Shown here in pieces: positions 58,139 to 64,000 of a DNA stretch of 64,000 bases. The DNA lies in assembly GCA_049997875.1 (NCBI GenBank), contig JBEKRC010000003.1, positions 183,885-247,884 on the forward strand, in the 5' to 3' direction. How positions within the stretch are numbered: the stretch's first letter is position 1; each line of letters starts with the position of its first letter. Below the pieces are notes generated by a model. That model did not search any database. It was not told where the DNA came from and saw nothing but the letters and a program-made list of their open reading frames with translations. The translations under genes were made by a program, and so were the position numbers. The DNA is from Minisyncoccia bacterium (GTDB lineage Bacteria; Patescibacteriota; Minisyncoccia; UBA6257; 2-01-FULL-56-20).

Positions 58139-59437
58139 CTACTTCTTCCGCCGCCGGAGGAACGCGGGGATGTCCCACGCGTCGCTTTCCTTCTCTTTCT
58201 TTTCTTTGCTGGATTTTGACTCGGCGGGAGCGGAGGCCTTTGCGGGAGCGTCTATGGAGGAGAAAATCTCGTTGTCCGAAGACCGTTCGCGCTCGCGCTC
58301 GCTACGGGCGGCAGCAGCTTCCTTCCCCGCCTGCGGTTTCTTCATTGAAAGCGATTCCAACGCGGGCGAACCGGTGCCAGATCGGGCGCCTCCGCCGCCG
58401 CTCATCCCGCCGCCGAACATGCCCGGTTGCCGCTCGTAGTGGCTTCCCCCGAAGAGCGTGGTCGTAGAACCTCCGTTGAAGCCCGCGGCAATCACGGTTA
58501 TTTTGACCTGCCCTTGCTTCAAATTGCGGTCATGATACGCGCCGAAGATGATGCGCGCACCGGGGTCAGCGGTCTGCGCGATGATCTTCGCCGCTTCATT
58601 GATCTCGGTCATCTTCAAGTCCCGTCCTCCCGATATCCCCAAGAGTACCGCTTTTGCGCCTTCGGGACTCGTCTCCAAAAGCGGCGAGTGGAGCGCCTGG
58701 TTCACTGCCGCAACGGCGCGGTCCTGGCCGGAGGCCACCCCGACGCCGATAATCGTCACACCTGCGTCCTGCATGATATTCTTCACGTCGGCGAAATCCA
58801 CGTTGATAATGCCGGGTATCGCGATGATCTCCACAATCCCCTTGAGCGCTTTCCGCAAAATGTCGTCAATTACCTCAAATGCCTTTATGATCGGCGTATC
58901 CTTGCTGATCACGGTGAAGATGCGGTCGTTCGGCACGACGATGAGCGCATCCACTTTGTCGCGCAATTTCATAAGCCCCTCTGCGGCAATCCTCTCTCTC
59001 TGGCTCCCCTCAAAGGTGAACGGCTTTGTGACAACGGCGATCGTGAGCGCCCCCGCCTGCTTTGCGGCTTCGGCAACGACGGGCGTGGCACCCGTGCCGG
59101 TGCCGCCGCCGAACCCCGCCGCAAGAAACACAAGGTCGGCCCCCTTCACGATCTCGCCAATCTCGGAGCGGTTTTCTTCTGCGGCCTGCCTGCCGAGATC
59201 GGGATTCATGCCCGTGCCCAACCCTTTCGTAAGCCCTTTCCCTATATATAACCGATGTTTGACGTTACAGTGATCAAGGTCCTGGTGGTCGGTGTTGATT
59301 GCTACAAAATCAACGCCGCGAACAAAGTCACGCGCCATCCGCGCGACCGCGTTTCCCCCTCCCCCGCCGATGCCGATTACCTTGACGTTCGTCGCAAGGG
59401 GCTGGAACTTCTCTTTTTTCTTATTAGAGGAAGCCAT
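58139..59437 (-). CDS. ftsZ: cell division GTPase FtsZ
   Basis: VIGIGGGGGNAV...GGGTGTGATPVVAE tubulin signature; long acidic/basic C-terminal tail. Confidence 0.95.
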   Translation of the reverse strand: MASSNKKKEKFQPLATNVKVIGIGGGGGNAVARMARDFVRGVDFVAINTDHQDLDHCNVKHRLYIGKGLTKGLGTGMNPDLGRQAAEENRSEIGEIVKGADLVFLAAGFGGGTGTGATPVVAEAAKQAGALTIAVVTKPFTFEGSQRERIAAEGLMKLRDKVDALIVVPNDRIFTVISKDTPIIKAFEVIDDILRKALKGIVEIIAIPGIINVDFADVKNIMQDAGVTIIGVGVASGQDRAVAAVNQALHSPLLETSPEGAKAVLLGISGGRDLKMTEINEAAKIIAQTADPGARIIFGAYHDRNLKQGQVKITVIAAGFNGGSTTTLFGGSHYERQPGMFGGGMSGGGGARSGTGSPALESLSMKKPQAGKEAAAARSERERERSSDNEIFSSIDAPAKASAPAESKSSKEKKEKESDAWDIPAFLRRRKK

Positions 59438-59508
59438 TTAACTCAATAGTAGCAAATCTTCCTCCGGCGCGCCACCTGTGCATATTTTCTCGAGTCTGTC
59501 TCAAACGA

Positions 59509-60753
59509 CTATGGCGTGAAGTAGCGGATGATCTTCCTCAGGCTGAAACTTGAAGACGAGCCTTCCTTGCTCCAACCTTCGCCGTCCACGCCCCAAAGGA
59601 CAAGGCCGAAGGCATTTACAAACTCGGGATCCTCAAGGAATTCCTTGAAAGGACCGCCGCTTGACTCCCATTCGTCGCTGACCGAGAAGCCGATCTGCGA
59701 GGAAAGTTTCATTTCCTGTTTCGCAAGGTCGGTGATGCCGGGGAGCTTCGCGCCGCCGCCCACGAGCACTGCGCCGCCGGGAAGCTCGCCGAATTTTTGG
59801 AATAATTTCAGTTCGTCATTCACAAGATCAAAGATCTCCTCAAGGCGCGACGCTATGATCTCGGCCGCAAAGCGCCGTGAGACGGTGTTCTTCGCTTCGG
59901 GCAGAAACTTCTTGAGATCAATGGACTCTTTGCTGCCAACGTCTTTGGGGAACGCGTAGCCGTAATGCAGTTTTATTTCCTCCGCCGCGTCCACGGGAAT
60001 TTTCAATCCCACCGCAAGGTCGTTGGAAATGTTTCCCGCGCCGACGGGGAACTTCGCGACGTCTACCAGTTTCCCCTCCTCATAGACCGAAAGTCCCGTC
60101 GTGCCGAAACCGATGTCCACGAGCGCAGTGCCCAAGTCGCGCTGGCGCTTGGAGAGCGCGGCACGCGCGGCGACGAGCGGTCCGAAGACGAGCCCGGAAA
60201 CCTCGCCGCCGCCCAGTTCCACCGCACGGATCAAATTTTTTATATGCGGTGAGAATGCATCAATAATCAAACTTTGCACCTCCAAGCGGCTGCCCGAGAG
60301 CCCCAGGGGATCCGCGATCTCCCCCACGCCGTCCACGACGAATTCTTTGACAAGCGTGTGGATGATCGTACGATTTTGCGGGAGATTGACCGCCTGCGAC
60401 GCCCGCACCGCGCGGTCAATGTCGTCTTGGTAGATCTCCGCATCGGCGCGCGAGACCGCGACGATCCCCCGCGAGGATTGCATTTTCGCTTGCGGCGTAC
60501 CGATAGAAATATAAACGTTTTTGAGCGCCGATTTGGAAACCTTCTTCGCGCCTGCGAGCGCGCGGCTCACGGCCTGCGAAACCTCGCTCATCTCCACAAT
60601 GGCGCCTTTCCGCATGCCGTAGCAGGGCACTTTCTGCACGTGCACGAGCGCCGGCTTCCCATCGCGCCGCTCGGCAACCGCCACCTTGACGGAAGAGGTA
60701 CCGAGGTCCAAGCCCGTCACAAAATTGCCGCGCGAAAGCCCTTTAATCTTCAT
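59509..60753 (-). CDS. ftsA: cell division protein FtsA
   Basis: Actin-like ATPase (GLDLGTSSVKVAVAE...); directly upstream of ftsZ; strong SD AAGGAGG 5 nt before the ATG. Confidence 0.9.
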   Translation of the reverse strand: MKIKGLSRGNFVTGLDLGTSSVKVAVAERRDGKPALVHVQKVPCYGMRKGAIVEMSEVSQAVSRALAGAKKVSKSALKNVYISIGTPQAKMQSSRGIVAVSRADAEIYQDDIDRAVRASQAVNLPQNRTIIHTLVKEFVVDGVGEIADPLGLSGSRLEVQSLIIDAFSPHIKNLIRAVELGGGEVSGLVFGPLVAARAALSKRQRDLGTALVDIGFGTTGLSVYEEGKLVDVAKFPVGAGNISNDLAVGLKIPVDAAEEIKLHYGYAFPKDVGSKESIDLKKFLPEAKNTVSRRFAAEIIASRLEEIFDLVNDELKLFQKFGELPGGAVLVGGGAKLPGITDLAKQEMKLSSQIGFSVSDEWESSGGPFKEFLEDPEFVNAFGLVLWGVDGEGWSKEGSSSSFSLRKIIRYFTP

Positions 60754-60921
60754 ATCCTCCTTATTTTATGCGGTGCGAGGGGCAACCGCAACTGTGCATT
60801 GGCCGCACATTAAAAAATCATTAAGGAATGCTTGACTTTACCTCCGTATCGCAATACTGTGCCAATAGCCCGCGCGAGACGTCAGTCTCTATCGGCTCAG
60901 CTGGTAGCGGGCATGCTAAAG

Positions 60922-60946
60922 AATCTCCTCCGGGAGATTTTTTATT
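60922..60946 (+). terminator. plus-strand intrinsic-terminator-like hairpin with no plus-strand CDS upstream
   Basis: AATCTCCtccgGGAGATT followed by TTTTATTT; a candidate promoter TTGACT-17-TACTGT lies at 60832-60860. Confidence 0.4.
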
Positions 60947-61343
60947 TCTCCATAATGCTTAAAAACTGCCCTTCCAACCGTTCCATTTCGGCTGCATCAG
61001 CTCTCTTTTTGTGGTCATAGCCCAGGAGATGCAGCATACCGTGCAACAAAAGCGGCATCGCCCGTTCCGGGCTGCGCCGCAGGATATCGCGGTTCAAATA
61101 GATCTCGCCTAGGTAGCGCCGCTTGGTCTCCGGATGAGGAAAACGGAGCGGCTCAGGAAACGACAGTACGTTCGGCTCGGAGCGTTTTTTGAAAAATCGG
61201 CGCTTGAGTACCTCAAGGTCACGGGCGGGCAACACAAAAATATCAAGGGCTGCATTGCGAGCACGCGCATTCCGCATCGCGAGAATTTTCAAGAGCTTTT
61301 TCGCGAGCCGGTCAAGCTTCTTGTCCAAAGATTCCCTAGCCAA
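60942..61343 (-). CDS. ybeY: rRNA maturation endoribonuclease YbeY
   Basis: HGMLHLLGYDH metal-binding motif. Confidence 0.88.
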   Translation of the reverse strand: MARESLDKKLDRLAKKLLKILAMRNARARNAALDIFVLPARDLEVLKRRFFKKRSEPNVLSFPEPLRFPHPETKRRYLGEIYLNRDILRRSPERAMPLLLHGMLHLLGYDHKKRADAAEMERLEGQFLSIMEK

Positions 61344-61782
61344 TTTTTTTCTTCACGATGTCACCCACCGTTTTGCCGTCCGCACGCCCCTTTGTGAGCT
61401 TCATCGCCTCGCGCATGAGCGAGTTGAAATCGTTGAAACCCTTTCCCGTGAGCTCGTCCACCATCTTTTCAATTTCCTCCGCAGAAAGCTCCCTGGGAAT
61501 GTATTCATAGACCACCGCGAGCTCGGCCTCCTCCTTTTTTACGAGGTCGTCCCGCTTCCCCTGCCGGAAGAGCTCAATCGCCTCCTTGCGCCGCTTCGCT
61601 TCTTTCTGTAAAACCGCAACGACTTCGTCGTCGGTCAGCGCCACGCCCGGCTGCTTCACGTACTTATCCTTTTGCACGTTGTAAATGCCGGAGGACATGA
61701 ACCGCAAAACGGCAACACGCTCCGCATTGCCGCTTTTCATCGCCGCCTTCAGGTCGTCATTCAATTTTTGGACCAGCGTCAT
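61336..61782 (-). CDS. GatB/YqeY-domain protein
   Basis: MTLVQKLNDDLKAAMKSGNAERVAVLRFM... matches the YqeY N-terminus; 148 aa. Confidence 0.8.
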   Translation of the reverse strand: MTLVQKLNDDLKAAMKSGNAERVAVLRFMSSGIYNVQKDKYVKQPGVALTDDEVVAVLQKEAKRRKEAIELFRQGKRDDLVKKEEAELAVVYEYIPRELSAEEIEKMVDELTGKGFNDFNSLMREAMKLTKGRADGKTVGDIVKKKIG

Positions 61783-61850
61783 TGCTCCTGCATTATAGCG
61801 CGATCGTGCGCCAAAGCAAAAAAATTATTCCCGATTTTGCCCGCTAGTGG

Positions 61851-61889
61851 AAGGAAAAAGCTGGGCTGCAGAACGTGTGCAGCCCAGCT
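61851..61889 (-). terminator. rho-independent terminator (minus strand)
   Basis: 12-bp perfect stem AGCTGGGCTGCA/TGCAGCCCAGCT followed on the minus strand by TTTTTCCTT; downstream of the 61917..62156 gene. Confidence 0.75.
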
Positions 61890-61916
61890 TCGCGTGTAGT
61901 TCCGGAGTCATCGGTG

Positions 61917-62156
61917 TCAAGCGCCCCTTTCTTTGGGTGCCTCCAATACCTTGCAAAGTACCCGCCAAAGCAAAGAGCCGAAAACCCCGAGGGCGCTGAT
62001 GAATGTAATGGCAATGGTGAGAAAGAGGAGAATGGCCGCCGCATGCTCACCGGTCTCGCCATGCCATAGGTCGGCGCGGATGGTGCGAACCATCACGGCC
62101 AACCCAAGAAGGCCGAGCGCGAGCATTCCGAGAAATTTCTTCATGTGGTCCTCCAC
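61917..62156 (-). CDS. small two-TM membrane protein (hypothetical)
   Basis: 79 aa, two hydrophobic helices. Confidence 0.4.
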   Translation of the reverse strand: MEDHMKKFLGMLALGLLGLAVMVRTIRADLWHGETGEHAAAILLFLTIAITFISALGVFGSLLWRVLCKVLEAPKERGA

Positions 62157-62276
62157 CGCGAGAAGTTCAAAGAACGCAGTTGGGATGGTAACATTTCGGA
62201 AGCTCGGCGTAAAGGGGTCTTCTTAAGAACGAGCGATCCGCTCCGGTAAGTGGGGGATGTGAGAGCTTGTTTTAGT

Positions 62277-62888
62277 TTAAATTATGATGCCGTTCTTTTT
62301 GAGGTCCGATTCTAGTTGCGCTAGGTTTTGGAACAGGATTGCTTTCATTCCGTGTCGTTGTGCAGAATCGATAAACTCTGGGTCATCGTCGACACAAAGA
62401 CACTCTTCCGGTTGAACGCCGATTCTTTCCAGGACGACATCGTAGAAATTCGGCTCGTATTTATGAACCCCGATTTCATAGGAAAGAATAAAGTCGTCAA
62501 AATCGTTTTTCAGATGATACTTTTCGTCAAGGTAATCAATCCTTTCTTTTATGTTTCCAGAGCAAGCGACAACCTTAAACCTCTTTCTCAGTTTAGAAAT
62601 CAAATCTTTCATTCCTTCAATGGGTTCGTAAGAAGAATGCCAAGCCTCTTTCAACGTAGGAATCAAATCCTCGCCGACGCCCAATCTTCTGACGGCTGTC
62701 CGCCAGAATTCTTTTTCGGTGAGTTGCCCTTTTCGATACCAAAATCCCTCCTTTCGAGGAGAAGAATTAAAAATTTCGTTGATGATATCTTTCGGCCGGT
62801 TGGTCAATTCGCATATCTTTTGCATTCCTATGCTGGTCCCCTTGGTGAAGTAAACTCCACCTAAATCAACGAGGATTACTTTGATCAT
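62277..62888 (-). CDS. HAD-like hydrolase
   Basis: N-terminal VILVDLGGV and C-terminal CVDDDPEFIDSAQRHGMKAILF motif IV-like; markedly lower GC than its flanks. Confidence 0.6.
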   Translation of the reverse strand: MIKVILVDLGGVYFTKGTSIGMQKICELTNRPKDIINEIFNSSPRKEGFWYRKGQLTEKEFWRTAVRRLGVGEDLIPTLKEAWHSSYEPIEGMKDLISKLRKRFKVVACSGNIKERIDYLDEKYHLKNDFDDFILSYEIGVHKYEPNFYDVVLERIGVQPEECLCVDDDPEFIDSAQRHGMKAILFQNLAQLESDLKKNGIII

Positions 62889-62958
62889 ATTTTTATCCTA
62901 CCAAAAAACCGCACAAAAGGCGCGTTTTTGAAATCCACTCCAGATGCCGGACGAGCGC

Positions 62959-63177
62959 CTAGCTCAAAAGCCCGAGTTTCTTCATCCGCTCTACTTCTGC
63001 CCGCTTCGCATCGCGGTGGATTGCCGAGAGTTTGCGTTTGATCCGGCTTACCGGGCGATCGTGGAACTTACGCGCGCGCGCTTCCTTCAAAATGCCGCTC
63101 CGCTTCACTTTTTTTGTGAAGCTGAAAAGTATGCTATTCGGGGATTCTCCCTCCCGTTTTCGTACTTCAACTGCCAT
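62959..63177 (-). CDS. rpsU: 30S ribosomal protein S21
   Basis: MAVEVRKREGESPNSILFSFTKKVKRSGILKEARARKFHDRP...RKLSAIHRDAKR typical bS21. Confidence 0.88.
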   Translation of the reverse strand: MAVEVRKREGESPNSILFSFTKKVKRSGILKEARARKFHDRPVSRIKRKLSAIHRDAKRAEVERMKKLGLLS

Positions 63178-63251
63178 GGAAGATAGTATATATGAATTAA
63201 ACTCTTAGTCAACCGTTGAAATAACTGACAGCAAAAAAACATTGGTGGCCG

Positions 63252-63411
63252 TAGGCATCTTGCTTGTGGTTCTGGAGAGGATCGCGCAGCCCCGCTCGGC
63301 TTGGTCCGAAATACCATTGCGTGTATTTCGGCGAGCGGGGCGAGCGGCAAGAAAAAATCCCCGCTGGAGGGATTTTATTCTGGCTCTCCAGAACCACAAG
63401 CAAGATGCCTA
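63252..63411. repeat. 160-bp element bounded by 28-bp perfect inverted repeats enclosing nested hairpins
   Basis: TAGGCATCTTGCTTGTGGTTCTGGAGAG at 63252-63279 is the exact reverse complement of 63384-63411. Internal stems CCGAAATA/TATTTCGG, CCCCGCTCG/CGAGCGGGG and AAAATCCC/GGGATTTT. Confidence 0.8.
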
Positions 63412-63834
63412 TGACACAATTTTCTTGCGTATCTCTTCCAAGGTCTCTTTCGGTTTCCTGTTCACCAGTGACTGGACAGGCCCTCCCCCGTCGCCATACC
63501 ACCGGGGCATCAAATGCACATGGAGATGGTCCACCACCTGGCCGCTCGCGCGGCCCTGGTTGATCCCGACCGTGATGCCGTCGCACTTCAATTTCCGCGA
63601 GAGCATCCCCGCCACTTTCTTCACCGCCGCGAAGAGCGGCGCGACTTCGGCGTCCGGCAGTTCAAGAAAATTTGGCACATGCGTTTTTGGGATCACCATG
63701 GTGTGCCCGGACGTCCGCGGTGCGATGTCCAAGAACGCGAACGCGCGGTCATCTTCGTACACCACCTGCGCCGGAATTTCCCCGGACGCTATTTTGCAGA
63801 AAATGCAATTCTTGTCTCGCGTTGGTTCCTGCAT
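63409..63834 (-). CDS. HIT-family hydrolase
   Basis: Histidine triad HLHVHLMP; 141 aa. Confidence 0.88.
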   Translation of the reverse strand: MQEPTRDKNCIFCKIASGEIPAQVVYEDDRAFAFLDIAPRTSGHTMVIPKTHVPNFLELPDAEVAPLFAAVKKVAGMLSRKLKCDGITVGINQGRASGQVVDHLHVHLMPRWYGDGGGPVQSLVNRKPKETLEEIRKKIVS

Positions 63835-63840
63835 GGTTCA

Positions 63841-64000
63841 ACCTAAAGCCGCTTTTTGATCTCGTCCACGACTTTGTGCCGCGGCACCGCTTCCTGCAGT
63901 CCGGTTTTTAAATCGCGGACGATAACACTGCTCTCGTAAATCTCCTTTTGGCCAAGAATGAGCGCGAGCGTAATCCCTTCCTTGTCCGCGGTCCTGAGCT
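63841..64000 (-). CDS. hisS: histidyl-tRNA synthetase, C-terminal anticodon-binding end (partial; N-terminus beyond window end)
   Basis: Manual minus-strand translation ...DKEGITLALILGQKEIYESSVIVRDLKTGLQEAVPRHKVVDEIKKRL* matches the HisRS C-terminus (ALILGEDE...VKDL.TGEQ). Confidence 0.65.

Noticed and set aside
58427-59273. Plus-strand ORFs of 274 and 241 aa
   Set aside because: Antisense to ftsZ.
63209-63859. ORF-track calls 63209..63586 (-) and 63242..63859 (+)
   Set aside because: They overlap the 28-bp inverted-repeat element and the well-supported HIT gene. No motifs; likely spurious.
1-64000. CRISPR arrays and rRNA genes
   Set aside because: No short, regularly spaced direct repeats were seen; the only tandem repeat (32657-32830) is 91 bp with 2 units. 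No rRNA-like conserved stretches were seen.

Overview
This 64-kb window from a high-GC, tightly packed bacterial genome is almost entirely coding on the minus strand. Giant T/S-rich DUF2341-LamG surface proteins and overlapping gene junctions are reminiscent of CPR/Patescibacteria, but that placement is only an inference. (1) 1-17 kb: a near-complete collinear purine super-operon on the minus strand. It runs purL(PurS-like N-term fused)-purQ-HAD-HD-purE-purC-purF-purN-purD-purB-purM-HAD-guaB-purA, and purA runs off the window start. (2) 17.1-21.8 kb: a lower-GC accessory patch. It holds NUDIX, a STAS-like protein, a hypothetical, a YvcK/CofD-family protein, a stand-alone excisionase-type HTH protein, a 3D-domain protein and a PAP2-like protein. 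(3) 21.8-27.6 kb: three GH130-type phosphorylase domains, a GH18 hydrolase, a MutY-like glycosylase and Hsp20. (4) 27.6-55.9 kb: the most unusual region, a ~28-kb run of 22 co-directional minus-strand genes for cell-surface proteins. It contains three repeated modules of a giant secreted T/S-rich protein with a shared C-terminal module, one or two signal-peptide/C-terminal-TM proteins in a DUF916/Csc-like architecture, and a small TM protein. It also contains two membrane-anchored cohesin-like proteins, two dockerin-bearing proteins, a MacB-type ABC exporter (FtsX permease plus an ATPase with a C-terminal extension), FN3 and DUF2341-LamG giants, an internal Hsp20 paralog, and a 785-aa protein with an N-terminal excisionase-type HTH, one TM and a huge extracellular beta-rich domain. 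Three intergenic regions upstream of these surface operons carry clusters of perfect DnaA-box-like TTATCCACA(GG) motifs, one as a 91-bp tandem duplication. (5) 56-64 kb: an RRM RNA-binding protein behind a strong promoter and a long hairpin-containing leader, then rmuC, ftsZ-ftsA, ybeY, yqeY/gatB-like, a HAD-like hydrolase, rpsU, a 160-bp element with 28-bp perfect terminal inverted repeats, a HIT hydrolase and the 3' end of hisS. No rRNA, confident tRNA or CRISPR array was found.
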